55,129 nucleotides of DNA from positions 1 through 55,129 of IMG/VR virus record IMGVR_UViG_3300042882_000260. One strand, written 5' to 3'. A program made the position numbers and the translations under genes. This document shows positions 37,250 through 47,060 of this stretch, in pieces. Each line of letters begins with the position of its first letter. The first letter of the stretch is position 1. Origin of the DNA: a virus (taxonomy: Duplodnaviria > Caudoviricetes). A model generated the notes under the pieces. The model was not told where the DNA came from. It did no database searches and was given only the letters and a program-made list of their open reading frames with translations.

Positions 37250-40200
37250 ATGCCAAGCCCACTCAGTCTGATTAAGAAAATGTACTCCCCACTTGAGAGG
37301 GCGGTCGTTGCGCATAAGCTAGAGACAATGCCTAGCTCACAGTGGGCTGCGTACATCAAGGCCAACGCGCCCAAGGCCGCGAAGAAGGAAGCACTAGCGA
37401 TTAAGCTAGACGAGCTACTAGCTCGGCAGCCTAAGTTGTCCAAGGCGGACATCGTCAAACACATCCAAGAGAACTCACCCAAGGTCAGCACCAAGAACAT
37501 CCGCGCTGAGGGTTATGGTAGCGACGAGACCCAGTATGGCAAGTACGTGCTGCCAGGCGGCGAGGACTACACCGAGACGCTTATTCACCTGCCGCCAAAC
37601 ACAAGCTCACCCTCAATCAGAATGCAGAAAGTCTTTGAGATTGCCGACGAAAATGGGCAATTGCTAGCTAGTGGCACGGTACCTATGTCGCCACGCACGC
37701 TTGAGAAGCTCAACAACAACCCTAACTGGGTGGTGCGTGAGTACGAGCAGCCTCACCCCGCCGACATACTCCGTGACCCATCTAACTTTACCTCTGGTCA
37801 CTTCGACGAGCCCAACGTCTTGGCTCACCTGCGCACCAACATTAAGCTTACACCTGACAACAAGGACGTGCTCTTCCTAGAGGAGCTGCAGTCAGACTGG
37901 GCGCAGCAGGGTAGGAAGAAAGGGTTCTTAACTCCGGACTTGCATGTAGAGCGCCGTGCGCAAATAAAGGCGGAGATGGATGCCTTGGCTAAAGAAGCCA
38001 CTGCGATGCGTGAGCGTGGAGAGAGCCCCGTTGATATCCGTCAACGTATGCGCCAACTAGACGATGCGTTGCGCGATATCCCTACACCGAAGGGCGTACC
38101 ATCTGGCCCTTACATTGAGGACACAGCCGACTGGACCGCGTTAGGTTTGAAGAAGGCCATCGAGCGAGCGGTTGACGAGGGGCAAAGCCATTTGGCCTGG
38201 ACTACTGGCACGCAGCAGGCTGATCGTTACAACCTGGCTAAGCAGATTGATAGCATAAATCATAGTATGAACCCTGACGGGACCTACAGCTTTTCAGCAA
38301 TAAAGAATGGTGAAGAGGTTCTTTCAAAAGAAGGCCTAACGCAGGACGAGCTTGCTGATCACTTAGGCAAAGACATAGCAGAGAAGATTGTTAAGAGCGA
38401 GGGCGCAGATTCGCCGGCAGGCACTAGCGTAGGTTGGGAGGCAGCGCCATCAATATACGGCGACGTTGCTGCTCCACCACAACCAAGGACTCTGTCTGGC
38501 TTGGATCTACAAGTCGGCGGCGAAGGCATGAGAACCTACTACGATCAGATTGTACCCAGTACAGCCAACGACATTTTAAAATCAATGGGTGTAACGGAGC
38601 GCGTTAAACCTATCGGCGTGCAACTTGGCAACAACGTGTCTGAGCAGATGGGCTTCGACATCACGCCAGAGATACGTGACTACGTGATGAATCAAGGCTT
38701 ACCTGCGTTCGCCGGCGGTGGCGTGGTTAAAGCAACAGCCAAAGAGATGGCGGATCTTTTAAAACTTTATCATGGTGGCCGCAAGTTTGAACAGTGGAAC
38801 CCTAAGATGATTGGTATGGGCGAAGGCGCTGGACGACGTAACCCGTTAATGGCACAAGGTCCCGGCCTTTATGCAGGTGACACAACAGATCTAGCAAAAA
38901 TATATTTAAAGTATGGCGGAGACGACCCTGCGTTAACAGAGCTAAGTGTAGATCCTACCAATATTATTAATTACTATAAAAAAATGCCACCAGAGCATTT
39001 GGAAAAAGTTAAAGAGGCTGAAAGTCGCCTAGATGCTTTAGGTCTTAGAACAAGTAACTACGGCTTACAAAATGCCTGGTTAGGTGGTAGAGAGGCAGAC
39101 CCACAGCGAGTGCGCGACATATTAGTTAACTCTGGCGTAGACGGGTTACAACAATACTTAAACCCTTACTTTGGTACTGAGTTTTCTATATTTAATCCCG
39201 ATATCATTAAACGAGTACGTACAATGGATTCATCTGAGTACGCAGAAGGCGGCCCAGTACACATGGACGAGGGTGGCTTGAACGTTAGAGCGTCAGGTGA
39301 CTACGGCAACTTTGACAGCGAGAGCTCGTCAGGCAGCCACTACAACTTTAGCACCGACGTTGACATCCTAAACAAGTACGGCTTCGGTGTTACCAAAGAG
39401 GGCCAGGTGTTCAAGTTACCTGAGCGCACCTACACCTACGAGGATGGCTACACAGAGACCGTACCAGCACGTAAGATTAAGCGTGACGACATCAGCGAGC
39501 TACGCGCTCGTTACATGACAGACGACGGTGTACAGTATGGCGTTGGTCGCCAGCCACTAGCGAAGGGCTGGTCTGCTTACCGCACCGACCCACGCACTCA
39601 GGCAACGGTAGGGTTTAACGTGTCGCCTCAATACAAGAACTTATCTGTTTACCGTTCCGACCCACGCGATCAGTCAAGCGTTGGCGTTAACGTGTCGCCG
39701 TACTACAAGGGCATCAACTACACCAAGAACTTTGCAGAGGGCGGCGCGGTAGAGACTGATGACGTTGACTACGATGAGCTGTACGAGTTTAGAGACTACG
39801 GCGACCGTGAGACAGGCGAGGCTAAGGACACTGGTGCCTTGGGCGAGATCCGTATGCCTAACGGCCGTGACGTGATGACCGAGTACTCCATCAACGTCGA
39901 CGGCCGCGAGATGCCGAGCATCGTTGAGGGTATGCACCCGGCTGACGTGAACTACATCCGTGAGACCGGTATCGTGCCTGAAGACGCAGTGGCCACGGCC
40001 GTTCGCAGCGCTAACAAGCGTGAGGCGAGTGGGCAGTCACCGTTTTGGAATAAAAAAGATGAGCCCGCATTTGCAGAAGGTGGCGAGGTAGACTATGATG
40101 CGATGTACGAGTTTAAAGATAACGCACCAGGCTTCGCTAAGGGCGGCCCTGTTTTATCAGTAGGCAGAGGCGAGAAGTTGCCGGTGTCACAAGGCGCAGG

Positions 40201-40405
40201 GCTAACAGCCAAGGGCCGCGCAAAGTATAACGCAGCGACGGGCTCTAACTTAAAGGCGCCAGCGCCGCACCCTAAAACAGAGAAAGATGCAGGTAGGCGT
40301 AAGTCATTCTGCGCGCGCATGTCAGGTATGCCAGGACCAATGAAAGACGAGAACGGCAACCCAACACGTAAAGCGGCGTCACTAAAACGTTGGAATTGTA
40401 ACTAA
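37250..40405 (+). CDS. Large polyvalent multidomain protein segmented by GG motifs
   Basis: EELQSDW domain; ART-PolyVal-like YHG...GEG...GPGLY; beta-rich segment; C-terminal DUF6321-like RRKSFCARM...RWNC. Confidence 0.75.
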   Translation: MPSPLSLIKKMYSPLERAVVAHKLETMPSSQWAAYIKANAPKAAKKEALAIKLDELLARQPKLSKADIVKHIQENSPKVSTKNIRAEGYGSDETQYGKYVLPGGEDYTETLIHLPPNTSSPSIRMQKVFEIADENGQLLASGTVPMSPRTLEKLNNNPNWVVREYEQPHPADILRDPSNFTSGHFDEPNVLAHLRTNIKLTPDNKDVLFLEELQSDWAQQGRKKGFLTPDLHVERRAQIKAEMDALAKEATAMRERGESPVDIRQRMRQLDDALRDIPTPKGVPSGPYIEDTADWTALGLKKAIERAVDEGQSHLAWTTGTQQADRYNLAKQIDSINHSMNPDGTYSFSAIKNGEEVLSKEGLTQDELADHLGKDIAEKIVKSEGADSPAGTSVGWEAAPSIYGDVAAPPQPRTLSGLDLQVGGEGMRTYYDQIVPSTANDILKSMGVTERVKPIGVQLGNNVSEQMGFDITPEIRDYVMNQGLPAFAGGGVVKATAKEMADLLKLYHGGRKFEQWNPKMIGMGEGAGRRNPLMAQGPGLYAGDTTDLAKIYLKYGGDDPALTELSVDPTNIINYYKKMPPEHLEKVKEAESRLDALGLRTSNYGLQNAWLGGREADPQRVRDILVNSGVDGLQQYLNPYFGTEFSIFNPDIIKRVRTMDSSEYAEGGPVHMDEGGLNVRASGDYGNFDSESSSGSHYNFSTDVDILNKYGFGVTKEGQVFKLPERTYTYEDGYTETVPARKIKRDDISELRARYMTDDGVQYGVGRQPLAKGWSAYRTDPRTQATVGFNVSPQYKNLSVYRSDPRDQSSVGVNVSPYYKGINYTKNFAEGGAVETDDVDYDELYEFRDYGDRETGEAKDTGALGEIRMPNGRDVMTEYSINVDGREMPSIVEGMHPADVNYIRETGIVPEDAVATAVRSANKREASGQSPFWNKKDEPAFAEGGEVDYDAMYEFKDNAPGFAKGGPVLSVGRGEKLPVSQGAGLTAKGRAKYNAATGSNLKAPAPHPKTEKDAGRRKSFCARMSGMPGPMKDENGNPTRKAASLKRWNCN

Positions 40406-40413
40406 GGATTAAA

Positions 40414-42924
40414 ATGGCTAAAGACATGATGGACGATGAGGAAGAACTCAAGGGCGAGACAGTTGAGCTAGACGAAGAGGTTACGGACATCCGTGACACT
40501 GAAGACGGCGGCGTGATGGTTACGCTTGAGAACGAAGAGGACCATCAAAATCAGAGCGAGCACTTTGCCAACATCGTTGACGACATCGATCCTAAGGTCC
40601 TTAACACAATCGTTGACGACTTGATAGACAAGATTGGCCGAGACAAGGACGCACGTAAGAAAAGGGATGAGCAATATGAAGAGGGCATTCGTCGTACTGG
40701 CCTTGGTGATGACGCTCCAGGTGGTGCGCAATTTACTGGAGCCAACAAGGTTGTTCACCCACTAATGACAGAGGCCTGCGTTGACTTCTCAGCGCGCGCC
40801 ATGAAGGAGCTGTTCCCACCGAACGGCCCAGTGCGTAGCAAGATCATAGGCACACAGAACAAGGCCAAGCTTGAGAAGGCTGAGCGCAAGGCCAAGTACA
40901 TGAACTGGCAGCTCACCGAGCAGATGCCTGAGTTCCGCTCTGAGCTTGAGCAGCTAACGACACAGTTGCCACTAGGCGGCGTGCAGTACATGAAGCTGTT
41001 CTGGAACAAGGACCTTAATCGCACGGAGTCAGTGTTCATTCCAGTGGATGACATCTACCTACCGTTCGCTGCGTCTAACTTCCACACGGCCGAGCGCAAG
41101 ACGCACGTCCAGTACATCACCAAGTTTGAGTACGAGAAACGCGTACGCTCAGGCATGTACCGCGAGGTTGACCTCGGCATGGCTGACGACATCGACTTCT
41201 CTAAGGCCACCAAGGCCAACGATAAGATCGAAGGTCGCGAGGACAACTCTTACAACGAGGATGGCCTACGCACGGTGTTTGAGATCACTACGGCAGCCGA
41301 CCTTGAGGGTGACGAGTTCTTACCGTACGTCATCACAGTAGACAAGGCCACAGAGAAGTGTTTGGCCGTGTACCGTAACTGGGCAGAGAGCGACGCAACA
41401 ATCAAGGAGCCACTGGTCTCTATCGTTGAGTTCCCGTTCGTACCTTGGCGTGGCGCGTACCCAATTGGTCTAACACACATGATTGGCGGCCTATCAGGCG
41501 CTGCGACCGGTGCATTGCGTGCGTTGCTTGACTCTGCGCACATATCTAACATCCCAACGTTGCTTAAGCTTAAGGGTGGCCCTAACGGCCAGAACGTTAA
41601 TCCACAGCCGACTGAGGTTATCGAGCTAGAGGGCGGCATAAACGTCGACGACGTGCGTAAAATCGCCATGCCAATGCCGTTTAACCCACCGAGCCCAGTA
41701 CTTATGCAGTTGCTTGGCTTCTTGGTTGACGCAGGCAAGGGCGTGGTGCAAACTTCGTTCGAAAAACTGTCAGATCAGAACCCAAACATGCCGGTTGGCA
41801 CGACTTTAGCGTTAATTGAGCAGGGAATGGTGGTGTTTTCATCCATCCACTCACGCTTACACAACTCAATGGCGCAGGTTCTTAAGGTAATGCACCGCCT
41901 AAACTCTGCTTATTTGACAGACGAGATGGTAATTGACGAAATCGGCGAAAAAATGGTCGATCCGTCAGACTTTGACGGTCCGATGGACGTTATTCCTGTC
42001 TCAGACCCCAATATTTTCAGTGAAACACAGCGTTTTGCGCAAATTCAAGCGGTTCAACAGCGTGCAATGGCGTTGCCACAGCTGTATGACGTGCGTAAGG
42101 TTGAGGAATTGTTCTTAAAACAGCTTAAAATCCCAGAGGGTTCTGAGCTATTAATACCAAAACCTGAGCCTAAAGACATCGATCCGATACAAGAGAACTT
42201 CGCGGCCTCAGTTGGCAAGCCAATTGGCGCGTTGCCTGAGCAAGAGCACATCGCTCACTTGCGCGTGCACTTGGCGTTCTTACAGTCACCCATGTTTGGT
42301 CAAAATCCAATCATCGCACCGATGTTCGTACCTGCAATAGTGGCGCACATTAAGGACCACTTGTTAATGCACTACATGAAGGTTACCAACCAAGGCCTCA
42401 GAGTAGCTAGTGAGAGCGGCCAGTTGGGCGACGACGACGCGATGATTGAGGCACAAGCAGCGGTTGAGATACAACAAGCGATTGAAAGCGCGATACCGCC
42501 AGAGTTCTTGCAAATTGTTTCAGAGGCGTTCGCTATGGCACAACAAATGCAGCCACAGCAACCACAAGACCCAACGCAAGCTGCGGCAGCCGTACAGCGC
42601 GAGTCAATAGCGCAACGTGCCCAGTCTGATCAGATGAAGATACAGGCGCAAGGTCAGCGTGATCAAATCCAAGCGCAGACACAAGCACAGCGTGACGCGG
42701 TCAAAGCTAGCTTGCAACTTCGCCAGGACGAGCTTGACTTGCAAACCGAGCTGCTTAAACAAGACCGTGAGGACGCACGCAAGCAGGCTGATTTAACAGC
42801 ACGCTTGCAAATGAACCAAGAAGACAACGCTACGGCCAAGGACCTCGCGGCCGCTGAGATACTAAGCGGTAACAAAGTAGACGTGTCAACTGGCACGGGC
42901 ATTAACCCAAATCCTAATTTTTAA
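40414..42924 (+). CDS. Portal protein
   Basis: VVHPLMTEACVDF, ELFPPNGPVRS, PVGTTLALIEQG, PVSDPNIFS; Gln-rich C-terminal barrel. Confidence 0.9.
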   Translation: MAKDMMDDEEELKGETVELDEEVTDIRDTEDGGVMVTLENEEDHQNQSEHFANIVDDIDPKVLNTIVDDLIDKIGRDKDARKKRDEQYEEGIRRTGLGDDAPGGAQFTGANKVVHPLMTEACVDFSARAMKELFPPNGPVRSKIIGTQNKAKLEKAERKAKYMNWQLTEQMPEFRSELEQLTTQLPLGGVQYMKLFWNKDLNRTESVFIPVDDIYLPFAASNFHTAERKTHVQYITKFEYEKRVRSGMYREVDLGMADDIDFSKATKANDKIEGREDNSYNEDGLRTVFEITTAADLEGDEFLPYVITVDKATEKCLAVYRNWAESDATIKEPLVSIVEFPFVPWRGAYPIGLTHMIGGLSGAATGALRALLDSAHISNIPTLLKLKGGPNGQNVNPQPTEVIELEGGINVDDVRKIAMPMPFNPPSPVLMQLLGFLVDAGKGVVQTSFEKLSDQNPNMPVGTTLALIEQGMVVFSSIHSRLHNSMAQVLKVMHRLNSAYLTDEMVIDEIGEKMVDPSDFDGPMDVIPVSDPNIFSETQRFAQIQAVQQRAMALPQLYDVRKVEELFLKQLKIPEGSELLIPKPEPKDIDPIQENFAASVGKPIGALPEQEHIAHLRVHLAFLQSPMFGQNPIIAPMFVPAIVAHIKDHLLMHYMKVTNQGLRVASESGQLGDDDAMIEAQAAVEIQQAIESAIPPEFLQIVSEAFAMAQQMQPQQPQDPTQAAAAVQRESIAQRAQSDQMKIQAQGQRDQIQAQTQAQRDAVKASLQLRQDELDLQTELLKQDREDARKQADLTARLQMNQEDNATAKDLAAAEILSGNKVDVSTGTGINPNPNF

Positions 42925-42935
42925 GGAGAAATAAA

Positions 42936-43070
42936 ATGGCAACAACAGATAAATGCAATTGCAAAGACTCACAAGGCGTATCCCAACATCAACGCTTGGC
43001 AATGGGCGCTAAGTTGGACGGTAAAACATTACCTGGTACACCAGTTAAAACACAATCAATCCCTAAGTAA
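42936..43070 (+). CDS. Small protein (44 aa, MATTDKCNCK...QHQRLAMG), not in ORF track
   Basis: SD TAAGGAG; fills gap after portal. Confidence 0.65.
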   Translation: MATTDKCNCKDSQGVSQHQRLAMGAKLDGKTLPGTPVKTQSIPK

Positions 43071-43073
43071 CTT

Positions 43074-43262
43074 ATGGATGATGCGGACTTAAGTCAGGAG
43101 CGCCAAGAGCGCGAAGACTTAATTAGAGCTACGTATTCAGTTGATTTGACGATACCGACAAGCAATGTGTGTTTGAATTGCTTAGATAGTACAGTAAATG
43201 GGGCCCGATGGTGTAGCGTCGGGTGCAGACAGGACTATGAGAATCGGACAAACAAGAAATGA
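43074..43262 (+). CDS. TraR/DksA-like C4 zinc-finger protein
   Basis: MDDADLSQ start; CLNC...WCSVGC. Confidence 0.65.
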   Translation: MDDADLSQERQEREDLIRATYSVDLTIPTSNVCLNCLDSTVNGARWCSVGCRQDYENRTNKK

Positions 43263-43444
43263 CGATCGATAAGATTTTAAATTTATTAACGAGCGCGCAG
43301 CAAGAGTTGGCAGTGGCTGCGCTTCGTTCACCGAATTCACATGATGCGTTTGAGTACGGGCGCATGGTGGGGATGTACGCTGGAATTGAGCGTGCTATAG
43401 AGGTAATTTTGTCAACAATTAAAGAGGATAACGATGATGTCTGA
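43259..43444 (+). CDS. Hypothetical protein
   Basis: EYGRMVGMYAGIERA; coupled to groES. Confidence 0.7.
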   Translation: MTIDKILNLLTSAQQELAVAALRSPNSHDAFEYGRMVGMYAGIERAIEVILSTIKEDNDDV

Positions 43445-43835
43445 TCAAACGCTGGATGATGCGTTTCCAAGTGCAGACCCAGGAATAACACCTTTTGGGA
43501 GTTATGTTTTGGTACAAATTAGGGCGCCAAAGCTGAAAACAGCAGGCGGTATTATTTTAAACGCTGAAACTACAGAGACCGAGAAGTGGAACACACAGGT
43601 AGGTAAGGTAGTAACAGTGGGGCCATTGGCCTTCAAGAACCGTAACAGCATGGAGTTATGGCCTGAGGGTGCTTGGTGTGAGAAGGGTGACTTTGTTCGA
43701 GTCGCCAAGTACGGTGGTGATCGTTGGGAAGTGCGCATTGATAAAGACACGACCGCAATGTTCGTAATTTTTAAAGACACGGATCTAATCGGTAAGGTAA
43801 CAGTTGACCCATTAGCGATTCGTGCTTTCTTATAG
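43434..43835 (+). CDS. groES: GroES-like co-chaperonin
   Basis: PFGSYVLV...KTAGGIIL...GKVVTVGP...GDFV...KYGG. Confidence 0.88.
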   Translation: MMSDQTLDDAFPSADPGITPFGSYVLVQIRAPKLKTAGGIILNAETTETEKWNTQVGKVVTVGPLAFKNRNSMELWPEGAWCEKGDFVRVAKYGGDRWEVRIDKDTTAMFVIFKDTDLIGKVTVDPLAIRAFL

Positions 43836-43853
43836 CTGATAAAGGAGCTAGGC

Positions 43854-44780
43854 ATGGCAAAAGAAAAAGAAGTAGAATCAATCATCGAAGACGATGAGGA
43901 CGAGCTAAAGGATGCGGAGTATGTAGCCGTTGATAATCCGCTTGACGAAGACGATGAAGAAGAGGAAAGTACCTTAAAATCATCCGAAGAAGAGGGCGAC
44001 GCTAGTAGTGAAGACGACCGCGAAGCAATTCGTGAACGCCGTCGACTAGAGAAAAAAGAACGTAAAGAACGCCGCGATAAGGCCATCGGCCGCGATAAAG
44101 TTGAGCTTAACTTTTTGCGTAGTCGTAACGATGAGCTAGAGCGTCGTATCGGTGCTGTTGAAACACACACCCAACAAACAAACTTGAGTCAACTTGATCA
44201 GCAAATCCAGCAGGCTGCTTATGAGGTAGAGACATCACAAAAAATCATTGCCAAGGCAGTAGAAGCTGGCAACGGTGACGATGTCGTGCAGGCGATGCAG
44301 TACCGTGATCAAGCGATGGCTAAGATGCAACAGCTTTCGCAGTACAAGCAACAGCAATCTCAGCAAGCGCCACGTCAGCCACAGGTTGATTCAGAGGTTG
44401 TGCATTATGCTAAGGAGTTCATGGAAGAGCACAGCTGGTATGACCCTCAAGGTAAGGACGAGGACTCAGCCATTGTGTTGGCCATTGACAACAAGCTAGC
44501 GCAAGAAGGCTTTGATCCACGCTCTGAGGAGTACTGGGATGAGTTGCATGATCGCGTTAAGCGTCGTCTGCCAGAGAAGTTTAAGGCAGCACGCAAACCG
44601 ACAGGTGGCCCTGCTGTAGGTTCTGGTCGTGAACACGCGCCAGTGTCGACACGCAAAGAGGTTTACATTAGCCCTGAACGCAAGGCAGCCTTACAAGAGG
44701 CAGGCGTTTGGGATGATCCAGTGTTACGTCAGCGCTACGTTAAAAAGTACGCTGAATACGATCGTGCTAACAAGAGTTAA
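43854..44780 (+). CDS. Capsid scaffolding protein (putative)
   Basis: Acidic N-terminus, coiled coil, basic C-terminus; upstream of capsid genes. Confidence 0.7.
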   Translation: MAKEKEVESIIEDDEDELKDAEYVAVDNPLDEDDEEEESTLKSSEEEGDASSEDDREAIRERRRLEKKERKERRDKAIGRDKVELNFLRSRNDELERRIGAVETHTQQTNLSQLDQQIQQAAYEVETSQKIIAKAVEAGNGDDVVQAMQYRDQAMAKMQQLSQYKQQQSQQAPRQPQVDSEVVHYAKEFMEEHSWYDPQGKDEDSAIVLAIDNKLAQEGFDPRSEEYWDELHDRVKRRLPEKFKAARKPTGGPAVGSGREHAPVSTRKEVYISPERKAALQEAGVWDDPVLRQRYVKKYAEYDRANKS

Positions 44781-44781
44781 A

Positions 44782-44819
44782 AAATAGTAGTTTTCTTTTT
44801 TTAAAAATTAGAACATAAT
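44782..44819 (+). promoter_or_regulatory. Putative late promoter, copy 2
   Basis: AAATAGTAGTTTT...TAGAACATAAT. Confidence 0.65.
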
Positions 44820-44847
44820 TCTAATCAATTGCTGAATGGAGCAAGTA

Positions 44848-45390
44848 ATGACAAATACAAATGATGAACGTTTAAAGAAAAGTGTAGGTGATGGTCGTGG
44901 AGATCGCGCGATGGAAAATCGTGCTGTCACGGAGAATCGTGAAATCTCGGATGCAGACCGTCTAGATATATTTCGGCAACAGTTCTTTCAATCTTCACTT
45001 CCTGATCTACCAAAAATACCTGGATACCACGTATGCTGGTTGACCACTACAAACCCACGAGATACGATTAATATGCGTATGCGGTTGGGTTACGAAGCCA
45101 TTAAGCCAGAAGACATTCCTGGCTGGGAATCAACATCTGTTAAAACAGGTGATTGGATTGGCTTTATTGGGGTTAACGAAATGCTCGCATTCAAGCTACC
45201 ACTTTCTCTTTATGAGAAGTACATGCAAGAGGCGCACCACGATGCACCTTTGCGTGAGCTAGAAAAGTTGACGGATACTTCCGAGTTCCTTAAACGCGAC
45301 GCAGAAACTACCGGCAGTCGACTATATGAAGGTGATGGTACGCAGGACTTGAGGAAAAATGCTGGTCGAGCTCAATTTGACTTGACCTAA
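44848..45390 (+). CDS. Conserved head-module protein
   Basis: SLPDLPKIPGYHVCW...LGYE; SD GGAG. Confidence 0.7.
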   Translation: MTNTNDERLKKSVGDGRGDRAMENRAVTENREISDADRLDIFRQQFFQSSLPDLPKIPGYHVCWLTTTNPRDTINMRMRLGYEAIKPEDIPGWESTSVKTGDWIGFIGVNEMLAFKLPLSLYEKYMQEAHHDAPLRELEKLTDTSEFLKRDAETTGSRLYEGDGTQDLRKNAGRAQFDLT

Positions 45391-45416
45391 CTTTATTTTT
45401 TCTAAGGAGTATTAAG

Positions 45417-46022
45417 ATGCCTTCAACAAGCGCACCTTTTGGCTTCCGCCCTTCTTTCCACAACAGTGGTCAGATTCGCCCGAAAGCTTATACAATTACA
45501 TCGACTTATGCAACGAACATTTTTTCAAATGATCCTGTTAAGTTAACAAACGACGGTGTTATCCAATTGGGTACATCAGATGGTTCTCGTACAGGTACAG
45601 TAGCAGGCATAACATTGCTTGGCACTTTAGCTGGCGTTGAGTACCGTGATTCAACCGGCAAGCCTTCTATCTCTCCATACTGGATTGGTGGCAGTACTGC
45701 TACTGAAATCATTGCTTACGTGTTCGATGATCCAGAAACATTGTTTGAAACTCAATACACAAATCCAGGTACTGCTGGTACTGATTCAGTTCAAACTTCC
45801 GTGGGTGAGCAAGCTGACTGGACTGGTTTTACAGCTCCAGGTGGTTCAACTCGTACAGGTCTTTCAGACGCTTATTTAGGCGCCATCGAAGGTTCCGGTA
45901 CTGGTCAGTTCCAAATCACTGGCTTCGCTACTAACATTAACCAATCGCTAACAGATGCTTATGTTGTTGCGTATGTTCGTATCAACGAACACGCTTACAA
46001 GTATCCAACAGCGTCAATCTAA
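45417..46022 (+). CDS. Capsid decoration/cement protein (putative)
   Basis: APFGFRP start, VFDDP, VRINEH end; immediately upstream of major capsid. Confidence 0.65.
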   Translation: MPSTSAPFGFRPSFHNSGQIRPKAYTITSTYATNIFSNDPVKLTNDGVIQLGTSDGSRTGTVAGITLLGTLAGVEYRDSTGKPSISPYWIGGSTATEIIAYVFDDPETLFETQYTNPGTAGTDSVQTSVGEQADWTGFTAPGGSTRTGLSDAYLGAIEGSGTGQFQITGFATNINQSLTDAYVVAYVRINEHAYKYPTASI

Positions 46023-46035
46023 GGAGGTCTGACAA

Positions 46036-46950
46036 ATGGCAACCCCAATGAGAAGTACGGACTTTAGGTCCATTGTTGAGCCGATCCTTAACGAAAGTTT
46101 TGACGGTATTTACAGCCAACGTGCTGACGAGTGGAAAGGCGTGTTTGATGAGGTTCAAGGTATCAAACGTAACTACCACGAAGAGCCAGTATTGTATGGC
46201 TTCGGTGCAGCTCCTGAGTTGCCTGATGGTATGGCTGTTACTTACCAATCTGGTGGTGTGTTATTCGCACAACGCTACTGGTACAAAGTATATGGCCTAG
46301 CTTTTGCCTTGACTAAAGTCTTGGTAGAAGATGGTGACCATATCCGTATCGGTCAAACATACGCTCGTCACTTAGCTCAATCTTTGGTTGAGACAAAAGA
46401 AACCTTGGCAGCTAACGTATTGAATAATTCATTCAATAACGCTTACCAAGGTGGCGACGGTGTTTCATTGATCAACGCTTCACATCCAATCGTGAATGGT
46501 ACATTCAGCAATCAGTTAACTACTGCAGCTGCTTTGTCACAAACATCATTGGAACAAATGTTGATTCAAATCCGTCAGGCAGTGGACAACAACGGTAAAC
46601 GTATCCGTTTAGTACCACAAAAACTAGTATTAAGCCCATCTAACGTGTTCCAAGGCGAAGTATTGCTAAACAGCGTATTAAAAGCTGGTACAGCAGACAA
46701 CGACTTGAACCCGATTAAATCAATGGGTCTATTATCTGGTGGTCAAGCTAACATGTCTCGTTTGACTTCAAACACCGCTTGGTGGGTGAAAACAGACGCG
46801 CCAGAAGGCTTGAAAATCGTTATGCGTCGTGGTTTAGAGAAATCTATGGAAGGCGATTTTGAGACTGACTCTATGCGTTACAAAGCAACAGAGCGTTACT
46901 CATTAGGCTGGACAGATCCTCGTGCCGCTTACGGTACAGCTGGTATCTAA
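46036..46950 (+). CDS. Major capsid protein (Mu gpT-like HK97 fold)
   Basis: TKETLAANVLN, GDGVSL..ASHP, EGDFETDSMRYKATERYSLGWTDPR; strong SD TAAGGAGG. Confidence 0.9.
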   Translation: MATPMRSTDFRSIVEPILNESFDGIYSQRADEWKGVFDEVQGIKRNYHEEPVLYGFGAAPELPDGMAVTYQSGGVLFAQRYWYKVYGLAFALTKVLVEDGDHIRIGQTYARHLAQSLVETKETLAANVLNNSFNNAYQGGDGVSLINASHPIVNGTFSNQLTTAAALSQTSLEQMLIQIRQAVDNNGKRIRLVPQKLVLSPSNVFQGEVLLNSVLKAGTADNDLNPIKSMGLLSGGQANMSRLTSNTAWWVKTDAPEGLKIVMRRGLEKSMEGDFETDSMRYKATERYSLGWTDPRAAYGTAGI

Positions 46951-46962
46951 GTTGTAATGGTC

Positions 46963-46980
46963 AGGGGGCTTCGGCCCCCT
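46963..46980 (+). terminator. cUUCGg hairpin after major capsid (weak terminator or stabiliser)
   Basis: AGGGGGC-TTCG-GCCCCCT; poor U-tract. Confidence 0.6.
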
Positions 46981-46988
46981 ACCAACTT

Positions 46989-47060
46989 TCTGGAATTATT
47001 ATTTTAGCTTATTAGACCGTTCCAGCGGACGTTGCACAGACTAATAGGCGACTTGTGCAA
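46989..47060 (+). ncRNA. Structured RNA downstream of capsid gene, probably Mu-gpT-DE-like
   Basis: Three interleaved helices: 46990-95/47020-25, 47007-15/47041-49, 47032-38/47054-60. Confidence 0.6.

Noticed and set aside
43502-44170. 222-aa antisense ORF
   Set aside because: Ser-rich shadow of the acidic scaffold gene, no SD
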